The notes: generated from the sequence alone by a model not told the origin. Shown: positions 19,664 to 28,772, numbered from the stretch's first letter. The stretch is 64,000 nucleotides of DNA from an uncultured delta proteobacterium (GCA_963727625.1 CAVSHR010000005.1:896001-960000); one strand, 5' to 3'. Numbers and translations: made by a program.

Positions 19664-20080
19664 GAAAAGGGGACTCGAACCTTTTCACATTTGCCTATCT
19701 GTTAATCTCGCGACCTTTCTAGGACGACCGCGAGGCTGAAGTGTGTATCTCAGTCCGAGCGCAACCGCGATCCGAGTCGTCCAATTTTCCGAACCAAAGG
19801 GCGTACCGCGGTTTACGCATCTCCGCAGCGCTTCGGCCTCGGCATCAGTTTGAACTTCGTTCACCCAACCGACCCAAACTTCCGGCCTGTCGCCGCGACC
19901 AGGGTCCGTTTCAAACGCAACATAGTCTTCCCGTTTGGAAAACAGTTCGTTTCGGCCATTCGCCCGATTCAGCGGGTGATAAACCACGCCACCCAGAGCC
20001 ATACGCGCTCGCCGAGGCATGCGCCACGCTCTAATCAAAGGCATCAATTTCGTCAAGGAAAGGTTCGCGTCCCCTTTTTC
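19664..20080 (-). mobile_element. Internally deleted RAYT (REP-associated Y1 transposase) element bounded by inverted REP-like motifs
   Basis: ORF 20020-19685 joins the RAYT N-terminus (MPRRAR..GVVYHPLNRANGR..LF..EDY) directly to the C-terminus (RGTPFGS..W...RGRPRK) with no HUH core; inverted motifs at both ends. Confidence 0.8.
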
Positions 20081-20963
20081 TTCCCCTTTCCGGATGGATC
20101 GTCAAGCCGTATTTGGCCAGTCGCTGCGGCAAGACCGCCAACACCCGCCGTGCGTCTTGTTCATGAGTGAATCCCATGACAAAGTCGTCCGCGTAGCGAA
20201 TGAGAAAGGCCTTACCACGTAAACGCGGCTTAACCACCTGCTCTATCCACTGGTCCAGCACATAGTGCAGGAAGATGTTTGACAGCACAGGTGAAATCAC
20301 TCCGCCTTGGGGAGAACCCGCTTGCGGGTACGTCACTGCGCCGTGTTCGAGAACTCCCGCTCTAAGCCACTTGCCGATCAAACGCCTCAGCACACCATCA
20401 CGCATCCTATGGCCGATCAATCTTCGCAGGTGCGCATGATCCAGAGTGTCGAAAAACTTCCGGATGTCCACTTCCAATATCCAGCCCCCGTGGCTATCCA
20501 TCACTTGTTTCCATAACGACTCAAGCGCCTGGTGCGCCGAACGCCCGGGCCGAAAGCCGAACGAACAGTCATAAAAATCCTGCTCGTAGATCGGCGCCAG
20601 CACCATGGCGACGGCCCGCTGCAGAACCTTGTCCTCCAGCGTCGGTATCCCGATGGGACGCGTATCGGTAGCCGAATTCCCTTTCGGAATGTGTACCCGT
20701 CGCACGGGCGGTGCTCGGTACGTACCGGCTTTGACCCAGCCTAATAGCTCCTCAAGATTACTTTTCAGGTTCGCTTCGTAGTGCTCGGCAGTGATGCCGT
20801 CCACCCCGGCAGCCGCATCCTTGCGCGTGCGCCGGTAGGCCTCCTCTAGCCAGTCGATGTCCATTAGGTGCGCCAGGGAAGTGAATCCCATCTGCGGTGA
20901 CTGCTTGGCCAGCTTTGCTACCCGTTGCTGTTTCGTTGACACGGTACTCGAATTTCTATGCAT
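20031..20963 (-). pseudogene. ltrA: Group II intron reverse transcriptase/maturase, C-terminally truncated
   Basis: [59 protein letters not shown]; breaks after GLTIHPE into the REP-like motif. Confidence 0.9.
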
Positions 20964-21571
20964 TCGCCGTCTTTCCCAACAACGGTTCCACAATCCGACG
21001 CCTCGCTTCCCTCCACGCGGTCCGGGAGGTCCCGTTCCCGCCTTTCTCAGGTACTATCAAGGCGCTACGACTTGCTGCCGTCCTTTCACGCCGCGCTTGG
21101 TTTCCTTCGCTTGGCGCTGCCACTCGGCGCGCCTTGGGCTTCGCTCCCGCCGTGTCAAAGCGCAACCACGGCGGGCCGGGAGTACTTTATTTTCGGCCAC
21201 TCCTGAGACCGGCTGGATCCGGTGGAGACAACAGCATCTCCCAAGTTCCTGGGAAACCTCCATTGTGCCTATGCCCGGTTCTGCGACTCCGGTGTGACGG
21301 CTCACTCCTCACCCTAACGGTGCGCGCCGCATCGCCCCCGTGAGGGGAACGACGAAGGCTCACAGTTGAAAACTTTCGAAGCTCAATAGCCGGGCCTTGG
21401 CACTCGCTGTCTACGCTTCGCCGCGTGGGTTGCCCCAGCGCAGCGCAAGACTCGCTTCCGGGAGCGGGTTAGGCCTTCCCGGACAGGCTTGTTTACCTGC
21501 AAGGTTTCGCTGAAAGGTTTCAGAGCTGCTTTCTACATCTCTTCCTCCTTTCCCAAGTTTTCTTGGCGCGA
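20081..21571 (-). mobile_element. 3'-truncated group II intron (5' ribozyme domains plus RT ORF; no domain X, DV or DVI)
   Basis: 5' end (T)CGCGCCAAG near 21571; DI-like elements (GAAGCGTAGACAG, GAGCTTCGAAAG); EBS1 TCCCCT is complementary to the flanking AGGGGA; RT ORF downstream. Confidence 0.85.
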
Positions 21572-21844
21572 TCCCCTTTTCTCACTCCCCCTTTTCTCAC
21601 CCCCCGCAGTGATCGCAAAGCGACCTTGGCAAGTTCACCGGCTGTGGTGTAGTGTGGAGAGACAATTGAGAGACTGTCCAATGAAAGTTAAAATGCCATA
21701 ACGAAGACGCGTAAAGGCGTCGAGAGCGTCGGCTATTCGCATCTCGATTACCTCTCCACATGAGAAAAGGGATTGCTGGTTTGGGCTGTACAGGAGGCGG
21801 CGGAGATATAAATCTCGCACCAATACTCCATCGGCTAGGAGACC

Positions 21845-24568
21845 ATGAAGAAGACAAGTAAAAGCTTGGGGCGCACCGGCGAAATAAGTAGTTCAGCTGC
21901 AACTCTATCAGACCGTTTGACCGCTGCCCTAGATCTGCCTAATGGAGCGCGGTTTTACCGCTGTGCATTGCAGATCAACCCGTTTGCGTATTTACATCGG
22001 CATAATAAGAAAACATCCTTCCTCAAAGAAGCCGAATATAATGCGGCTATCATCGCCGCCTGCCAAGAAATTGGAATCGAAGTCATAGGCGTTACGGATC
22101 ATTATCGGGTTGAAGAATCAAAGAGCCTTGTGCAAGCGGCACGAGCCGCCGGCCTGTTCGCCTTCAGCGGCTTTGAGTCTGTAACCAAGGACGGTGTACA
22201 TTTTCTTTGTTTGTTCGATCCTGAGAAGGACAATGCGCTCGAACGTTTTATTGGTGAGTGCGGCGTTCACGACATGGCAGCTGCATCACCAACGGGAGCT
22301 CTCGATTCCATTGAACTCCTTAACCAAGCGAAAGACTGGGGTGCTATTTGCGTGGCCGCACATGTAGCGGGCGAGGGAGGTCTTTTGAACAGGCTCAAGG
22401 GGCAGCCTCGCATCAACGCTTGGAAGTCGCCGGAACTTCTTGCTTGTGCTCTTGCGGGTCCAGTTTCCGATGCCCCTGAGAACATTCGTCCGATCCTTGA
22501 AAACCGAGACTCGCAACACAAGCGTAGTCGACCTGTGGCTGTACTGAACACTTCAGACGTGAACAGCCCCGAGGATCTAAAAAAGAACGGTGCGTCCTGT
22601 TTTCTTAAGATGTCGAATATTTCTGTTGAGGCTCTACGACAAGCCTTTCTTGATCCCGAATCGCGCATTCGCCTACATAGCGATTCTCAAGCGGAGCCTC
22701 ACGCAGAATTTCTGGCTCTGACATGGGAGGGCGGATTCCTCGGGGGCACATCCGTTCATTTCAACGCCAACTTGAACGTCTTGGTTGGCGGTAGAGGAAC
22801 CGGAAAGTCGACCATGGTCGAGAGCATACGCTACGCGCTTGGCCTCGAACCGCTCGGAGAAGACGCGCGTAAGGCCCACGAAGGAGTGATCCGGTACGTA
22901 CTTCGCTCCGGGACGAAAATATCTTTGCTAGTGCAATCGCATAAGCCTTCCGCGCGTTGCTATACCATTGAGCGGTCAATCCCTAATCCACCGATCGTAA
23001 AGGACGAAGCCGGGGAAGTCCTGACGCTCTCGCCGAAAGACGTAATGCCGGGAGTCGAGGTCTTTGGACAACACGAAATATCCGAACTCACCAAAAGCAG
23101 AGAGAAGCTGACGATGCTTCTGGAACGGTTCGTCGACCGCGATCCAACGTTGTTGGGACGAAAATCGAAACTCAAACTGGACCTTCAACGCTCCCGAGGC
23201 CGTATCGTGGATGTTCACCGCGAGATGAAAGCTCTCGACGAACGGCTTGCCGCGCTTCCGGGCTTGGAGGAGACACAGAAACGTTTCCAAGAAGCCGGGC
23301 TTGAAGAACGCCTAAAGGAGAAAAGCCTGCTTATTCGGGAAGAGCGAGTTTTTACGAATGTTACGGAGCGACTTGAACCTGTCCGAGCGCTCCACCGTGA
23401 ATTGGTCGAGTCGTTGCCGCTTGATACTGCCTTCGTTTCTAAAAAAGCTTTGGAGGGACTCCCGAATGCAGCGATTCTAACCGAAATCGGAACGATCTTG
23501 GGCTCCTTGAGTACAAAACTCAAGGCAATTGCCGATCAGCTCGCAAAGGCACTGACAGAAGCGGACAGCTCTGTTGGGGGAACCAAATCCCGGTGGGACA
23601 AGAAACGCAAGGTTATAGAAGAAGTATATGAAAAGCTTCTACGGGAGCTTCAGAAATCGAAGATCGACGGGGCTGAGTTCATCCGGCTACGCAAACAGAT
23701 TGAAGATCTACGTCCTTTGAGAGAAAAAATAGACGCGCTGAAACGTGACCTGGCCAGTCACGAGGCAAACCGCCGCAAGCTGCTCGCGGAATGGGAGGAC
23801 GTCAAGGCGAGTGAGTATCGCGAGTTTGAAAGTGCAGCGAAAAAGGTTTCTCGTCAGCTCCAGGAGCGGGTGCGGGTAGAAGTCGCCATGGCAGGAAATC
23901 GTGAGCCGTTGGAGCAGCTCTTACGTGAGTTGGGTGGAAACTTGAGCGCTGCCTTGGAGCGTCTACGGTCGCTGGGAGAACTTTCGCTGCCGGATTTGGC
24001 GCAGCGCTGCCGGGAGGGCAAGGAGGCTCTGATCAAACAGTATGGACTGCCAGCAGGTTCGGCCGAGAGAATTGCCCAAGCGGACCTAGACTTCTTAATG
24101 AAGATTGAGGAGCTGGACCTTCCGGCGACGACGAAGATTGAATTGAACACTGCGCCGGATGGTGAACCTGCCACGTGGCAGACGTTGGAAGCGCTATCGA
24201 CTGGGCAGAAGGCAACAGCTGTCCTATTACTTCTCTTACTGGAATCGGAAGCTCCTCTTGTGGTCGATCAGCCGGAGGACGACCTCGATAACCGCTTCAT
24301 TACGGAAGGTGTGGTACCAATCATGCGACTGGAAAAGCGGCGGCGTCAGTTTGTGTTTTCAACCCACAATGCGAACATTCCTGTGCTCGGCGATGCCGAG
24401 CTGATTCTGGGCCTGGCCGCATCGGGCGAAGGAAGGGAGGGCCACGCCAAAATCGCTCCCGAACATATGGGATCAATCGACTCCAAACCTGTGCGCGAAC
24501 TGGTAGAAGAAATTCTCGAAGGAGGCAAAGATGCCTTCGAGATGCGCCGTTCCAAATACGGGTTCTGA
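21845..24568 (+). CDS. PHP-like domain fused to an SMC/ABC-type ATPase with coiled coil (Ppl-like architecture; candidate defence protein)
   Basis: N-terminal GVTDH, FE, VHFLC, AAH, SD; Walker A GGRGTGKS; long coiled coil; LSTGQK signature; VVDQPEDDLDN Walker B/D-loop; STHN. Confidence 0.85.
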   Translation: MKKTSKSLGRTGEISSSAATLSDRLTAALDLPNGARFYRCALQINPFAYLHRHNKKTSFLKEAEYNAAIIAACQEIGIEVIGVTDHYRVEESKSLVQAARAAGLFAFSGFESVTKDGVHFLCLFDPEKDNALERFIGECGVHDMAAASPTGALDSIELLNQAKDWGAICVAAHVAGEGGLLNRLKGQPRINAWKSPELLACALAGPVSDAPENIRPILENRDSQHKRSRPVAVLNTSDVNSPEDLKKNGASCFLKMSNISVEALRQAFLDPESRIRLHSDSQAEPHAEFLALTWEGGFLGGTSVHFNANLNVLVGGRGTGKSTMVESIRYALGLEPLGEDARKAHEGVIRYVLRSGTKISLLVQSHKPSARCYTIERSIPNPPIVKDEAGEVLTLSPKDVMPGVEVFGQHEISELTKSREKLTMLLERFVDRDPTLLGRKSKLKLDLQRSRGRIVDVHREMKALDERLAALPGLEETQKRFQEAGLEERLKEKSLLIREERVFTNVTERLEPVRALHRELVESLPLDTAFVSKKALEGLPNAAILTEIGTILGSLSTKLKAIADQLAKALTEADSSVGGTKSRWDKKRKVIEEVYEKLLRELQKSKIDGAEFIRLRKQIEDLRPLREKIDALKRDLASHEANRRKLLAEWEDVKASEYREFESAAKKVSRQLQERVRVEVAMAGNREPLEQLLRELGGNLSAALERLRSLGELSLPDLAQRCREGKEALIKQYGLPAGSAERIAQADLDFLMKIEELDLPATTKIELNTAPDGEPATWQTLEALSTGQKATAVLLLLLLESEAPLVVDQPEDDLDNRFITEGVVPIMRLEKRRRQFVFSTHNANIPVLGDAELILGLAASGEGREGHAKIAPEHMGSIDSKPVRELVEEILEGGKDAFEMRRSKYGF

Positions 24569-24571
24569 AAC

Positions 24572-25774
24572 ATGACGACGCATACGGAATTGATGGACAT
24601 CATTGCAAACGGGGAAAGCTCCGGAGTCGAGTTCAAACGAGACGTTCTGCAAAATCATGACCTAGCTAAGGAGCTGGTGGCGTTCTCGAACCTGAGCGGC
24701 GGAGTGGTACTCCTAGGCGTGGATGATGACCGAACCATATCAGGGATCACACGACCCGATCTGGAAGAATGGGTGCTGACCACATGCCGCGACAAGATCA
24801 GACCTAGCATTATTCCTTTTTTTGAGGTTGTTCGAAACATCGAACCAGGAAAAAGTGTCGCCATTGTACGTGTGACGCGCGGCTTCGATGTTCACAGTTT
24901 GTGGCACAACAATCGTAATACCTATTACATACGCGTCGGAACGCAGAGCAGGGAACCGAGCCCGGAGGAGCTCGGCCGACTCTTTCAGCAGCGCGGCTCT
25001 TTCCGCGCGGAACTGCGGCCTGTCTCTGGTGCGACCCTTGCCGATTTGGATCGCCGCCGGCTTCGCGATTATTTCGATCGGATCCGTCAACAGGCAATGC
25101 CTTCTGACGAGGATGAGACGGGTTGGCAAATCCTGTTGGCCAATACAGAGATCATGACTGACGAAGGCGTAACGGTAGGCGGGATGCTCCTGTTTGGTCA
25201 GAGACCTAACCATTTTCTTCCACAGGCCGGCATCGACGCCGCCTCGTTTCCAGGAACTGAAAAGGACTATGCTGCTCGAGAACGGCTCGCTCTCCGTGGT
25301 CCCATGACACCGCTATTTAGCGCTGCAGCGGAACTCGTGGAAAATGGCCTGGTCGAGCAGGCGTTAGACTTTGTACGGCGCAATACACCCGTTACTGCGG
25401 TGCTTGAAAACGGTAGGAGAATCGACAAGCCGACCTATCCGCCTGAAGCACTTCGTGAAGGGGTCGTGAACGCTCTGATTCACCGCGACTACCTTCTTTC
25501 GAGTACGGACATCGAACTGGTTGTATACAGCAATCGGCTAGAGATTATCTCACCAGGCAGGCTACCGAATGGCATTACCCCAGACCGAATGCGCGCGGGA
25601 ACACGCGCAGCCCGAAATCAGCTCTTGAAAGAGGTTATGCGCGACTATCACTATCTAGAACATATGGGAATGGGCGTCCCTCGTAAGATTATTCAGGGGA
25701 TGAAAGCCCATAACAATACCGAACCGGAACTCATTGAAGACCAGGAACGCTTCATTCTTCGCCTGTTCGCTTAA
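24572..25774 (+). CDS. AlbA_2 (Schlafen-like) domain + HATPase_c_4 (RecG C-terminal-like) protein
   Basis: GESSGVEFK, ELVAFSNLSGGVVLLGVDD, YYIRVG; REGVVNALIHRDY, SPGRL, RNQLL, EHMGMG; starts 3 bp after the ATPase stop. Confidence 0.88.
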   Translation: MTTHTELMDIIANGESSGVEFKRDVLQNHDLAKELVAFSNLSGGVVLLGVDDDRTISGITRPDLEEWVLTTCRDKIRPSIIPFFEVVRNIEPGKSVAIVRVTRGFDVHSLWHNNRNTYYIRVGTQSREPSPEELGRLFQQRGSFRAELRPVSGATLADLDRRRLRDYFDRIRQQAMPSDEDETGWQILLANTEIMTDEGVTVGGMLLFGQRPNHFLPQAGIDAASFPGTEKDYAARERLALRGPMTPLFSAAAELVENGLVEQALDFVRRNTPVTAVLENGRRIDKPTYPPEALREGVVNALIHRDYLLSSTDIELVVYSNRLEIISPGRLPNGITPDRMRAGTRAARNQLLKEVMRDYHYLEHMGMGVPRKIIQGMKAHNNTEPELIEDQERFILRLFA

Positions 25775-25939
25775 GATCGTATGATGTGATCGACGATCGC
25801 TTTGCGGCTTGCAACGGGGACCGCGCATGGAAGACTCATGGGCGATTACCGTGTCGAATAGAAACGCACTCTTGTCCAGGGCGACGAAGCAAGGAGAGAC
25901 CTGGAAGTCAGACCCAGCCGGTTTCCAAGCCCTCTCACT

Positions 25940-26578
25940 TTAAGGTACCTGAGGTGCCACAGGCGTTGGCGTCGTAGGTCCCTTAGGCGTTGGAAACTCA
26001 GGAAGCTTTCTACGAGGGTGATTTAGAACTGTATCAATTATTGTATCGATATTTGATAGGCTCACGAGCAGTTGTGGCCATGCCGCATAGATCGAGTAGA
26101 TATGAAAATTCTTTTCGTCAGCAGCTAAATTCAACCACTCACGGGCTTTGTCAGGGTCAGAATGAAAGACAACGCCATTGAAGAAGAGATTTATAGCGTC
26201 CGCAACAAGCAGTGGCTTGTTGCCCACAAAATAGTGTGATGGACAACTCTTAAGAGTGTTCGTCCAGTTTTGCCTTGCAGCCCTTATCCACGGCAGCAGC
26301 TTTTTATCGATACCTGCCCTTTCAAGTATATTGCACACCCGGTACAGATTGATTTTTTCACGTGGTGCATAGAACTGTCGCAGACTGACTAACGCGGAAC
26401 GAAACTCATCCATCTTAAAATTTTTTATTTTTGATGTGAGCCCGCGGCCAGGTAGTATCTTGATGGAAATTGAAATCGCGTTTTGACGCCTTTTAAATAG
26501 TCGAACCTTGCGAATTATATCCATCTGATTGAGAAATAGTTTCAATGTTTCTTTTTCGCCGGGTGATAACATGATCAA
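25940..26578 (-). CDS. Hypothetical protein (possibly HEPN-like, unverified)
   Basis: 212-aa low-GC ORF with RBS GAGG; helical character; LRQF..E.I and NGVVFHSD motifs; lies downstream of the tRNA-like RNA. Confidence 0.7.
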   Translation of the reverse strand: MIMLSPGEKETLKLFLNQMDIIRKVRLFKRRQNAISISIKILPGRGLTSKIKNFKMDEFRSALVSLRQFYAPREKINLYRVCNILERAGIDKKLLPWIRAARQNWTNTLKSCPSHYFVGNKPLLVADAINLFFNGVVFHSDPDKAREWLNLAADEKNFHIYSIYAAWPQLLVSLSNIDTIIDTVLNHPRRKLPEFPTPKGPTTPTPVAPQVP

Positions 26579-26756
26579 AACCTCATAGGAGACTGTGAGA
26601 AAAGGAATTGAACAAACTCACATAAAAAGAAACCCGGGCTCTTTTATCGGTGCTTCTGCAATCGCTTCGATATGCTTTTGCCCGCACCTTGAAATTCGAA
26701 GTGAAGTTTATTGGCAAAACTTAGCCAGAGACAACCGAAATTCCCGATGGTTTTTA

Positions 26757-26874
26757 TGGTGCACGGGACGAGATTCGAACTCGCACGTCCTTTCGGACAC
26801 GTATTTGCAACAAGTTCCGACTGCGATCAGAACCTCTTACAAATACGCGCGTCTGCCGGTTCCGCCACCCGTGC
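26757..26874 (-). ncRNA. tRNA-Leu-like RNA (118 nt) with the anticodon arm extended into a ~21-bp hairpin
   Basis: GCACGGG/CCCGTGC acceptor + A73 + CCA; D arm GCG-GAACCGGCAGA-CGC; variable arm GTCC-GAAA-GGAC; T arm GCGAG-TTCGAAT-CTCGT; 38 nt in place of the 7-nt anticodon loop. Confidence 0.9.
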
Positions 26875-26914
26875 ACAATGGAAAAATGATTTTGCCATAT
26901 TTTGCGTGGGCAAG

Positions 26915-27021
26915 GAAAAGGGGACGCAAACCTTTTAGCTCTGCGTATCTGTTAATCCCACAACCTTTTTAGGACGACCGCGGGGTTGCAGTCTATATTT
27001 CACTCCGAGCGCATCCACGAT
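26915..27021. repeat. Diverged direct repeat of 19664-19771 (REP-like motif + RAYT 3' end remnant)
   Basis: gaaaaggggac..cctttt..tatctgttaat..aggacgaccgcg..tccgagcgca..cgat is shared by both copies. Confidence 0.85.
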
Positions 27022-27107
27022 TATCAACAGATTTTTTTGTTTGAACTCGACGTTCAACTCCTTCGCCAAGACAGTTGCTTGACCGAGACCAAAAAGCCGA
27101 AATCGGA

Positions 27108-28514
27108 CTAAGGCAAGTCCGCGCCTTTCGGCTGATTTTTGAAATTCTCTGGGTTCAAGTTTTGCGTCAGGCGGAAAACGCCTTCCACGACGTGGCGGCG
27201 TAGTTCGACTTCGATCATCAACGTTTGGTTTGGCTCAAAGTATCGCTTGAGCGCGGCGAAAGTGCCTTTGTGTTCGGCCACGGTGTAGTAGGCGAAACCC
27301 TCGGCCGGTCGTGCCGTGATCCGTACGCCAAATTTTCCTGCCAGCTCGGGCTTGCTGAACCAGTCGTTCATCACATCGTAGTCGATATAATAGGTCAGCT
27401 TTCCTGGGCTACGCTGATTGCGCTGGCGATCCACGAAGAAACCGGGAGGCAAATGGTTTGGGTCATAATCCGGTCCCGCAGTGAAGAGCACGTCGTAATC
27501 GGAAAGATTGTTGCCACGGTCATCGATGATCCTAATGACGAGCATGCAGTACCGGTTAGTCACGAAGGTCCGCCTAAAGACGAACAACTGTTTCACCGCT
27601 TGCTTGCGCTCATCTGTTTGAGTCTTTGTCGTGAGATCCTCTAGGTCCTTGACCAGCCGATTGTAAGCCGCAGCACTGCCCACTTCCAGGCAACGCAAAA
27701 CCCACTGCACCGTGGGGTGCGTGCCGTCATCGTCTGCTGTCACGCTGGCGAGGATGCCGATGGTCGTGCCAGAATGAGATCGCCCCGGCAAAACGCCGAG
27801 TGCGGTTTTTGCGCTGCGATCATCCTTTTTCAGCGCGAGGGCGCCATCGGTCTGCACCAGCCGAATCAGGCCGTAGTTCAAGTTTGCCGCAGCGACCCGC
27901 ACGACTCCATCCGACCCCGCCTCATCGGTGTAGGCATTAAGGTTGTCGTAGAAGGCGCGGTCAATCCTCTGCCCTGTGAGAACGAAGGGATACAACCTTG
28001 CAGCCACGCAGTCGTAAGCGAGCCAGTCACGATTGAGTTCCCAGCTTTGGTCGCTGCCCAGCTCCAGCCAGTCGAGAACGCCTGTGCCAGGTTCGACACC
28101 GTCCGCAGAAAACTTCATCCGCGCAATGCGGCCTTTGCCAAGTTGCGCGAGCGCCGAGCCATGATTCGCCGGCGCGAGCATGACCAAGTGTCCGAGTGGA
28201 CACTTGCTGAGTTTGCCACGATAAAACAGGTCTATCCATTTTCGCACCACCGGCCCACCCGTGGAATGCGTCACGCAAGCGAATTTTTCATCCTTGGTGA
28301 GCTTCGGCAGCACCTCCGCGGCGATGGCTCGCTGCATTCCACGCGCGATATCATCGACTTTCACCTCGTCAGCGAAACTCACATATTTGGCGAGGTAGAG
28401 ATGCGTGATCTGAAGATCGAGTTTCGGAGACGCGTTTTTGACAAGTGCGGCAGGCAGACCACCGTAGGTATTCGTGTTGGTAACACTCCAGCCATGAACG
28501 AAGACAATAAGCAT
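27108..28514 (-). CDS. Alpha/beta-hydrolase (lipase/phospholipase-like)
   Basis: VFVHGWS, THSTGG nucleophile elbow, LAPANHGS, SDGVV, SHSG. Confidence 0.85.
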   Translation of the reverse strand: MLIVFVHGWSVTNTNTYGGLPAALVKNASPKLDLQITHLYLAKYVSFADEVKVDDIARGMQRAIAAEVLPKLTKDEKFACVTHSTGGPVVRKWIDLFYRGKLSKCPLGHLVMLAPANHGSALAQLGKGRIARMKFSADGVEPGTGVLDWLELGSDQSWELNRDWLAYDCVAARLYPFVLTGQRIDRAFYDNLNAYTDEAGSDGVVRVAAANLNYGLIRLVQTDGALALKKDDRSAKTALGVLPGRSHSGTTIGILASVTADDDGTHPTVQWVLRCLEVGSAAAYNRLVKDLEDLTTKTQTDERKQAVKQLFVFRRTFVTNRYCMLVIRIIDDRGNNLSDYDVLFTAGPDYDPNHLPPGFFVDRQRNQRSPGKLTYYIDYDVMNDWFSKPELAGKFGVRITARPAEGFAYYTVAEHKGTFAALKRYFEPNQTLMIEVELRRHVVEGVFRLTQNLNPENFKNQPKGADLP

Positions 28515-28772
28515 TGTGAATTGCGCCTCCCAGTTTGACAGTTCACGAGGCTTGTAGAGGGCACCTATCCCGTAATGGTTTTTGGAGTCCCGATTTCAAT
28601 AGGCAGTAGGCTATCGCTGAGCCCGCGAGTCGTCAATCAAAATCGAGCGCAAGTGCCACGCCTTGTAGCGAGGGATCAAGACGGAACGAGGCCATTGCTA
28701 CGTTAACGATCTCCTAAGCAACATATGTGTATAAAGCATGTCAAAAGCCAAATTTCCAAAACTGACTCCAAA

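Noticed and set aside
20031-20993. Retron, DGR or defence-associated RT
   Set aside because: The upstream ~600 nt has group II ribozyme features and EBS/IBS pairing, and the RT has group II motifs; no TR/VR or msr-msd was seen
26757-26800. tRNA 3' end as the att site of an integrated element
   Set aside because: No duplicate of the 3' end and no integrase were seen in the window
26757-26874. Ordinary tRNA with a group I or archaeal BHB intron
   Set aside because: The insert is only 31 nt, pairs continuously and has no 3-nt bulges flanking a 4-bp helix; splicing is kept only as an alternative hypothesis
26595-26972. 125-aa plus-strand ORF
   Set aside because: Antisense to the tRNA-like gene and runs through the REP-like motif; no protein features
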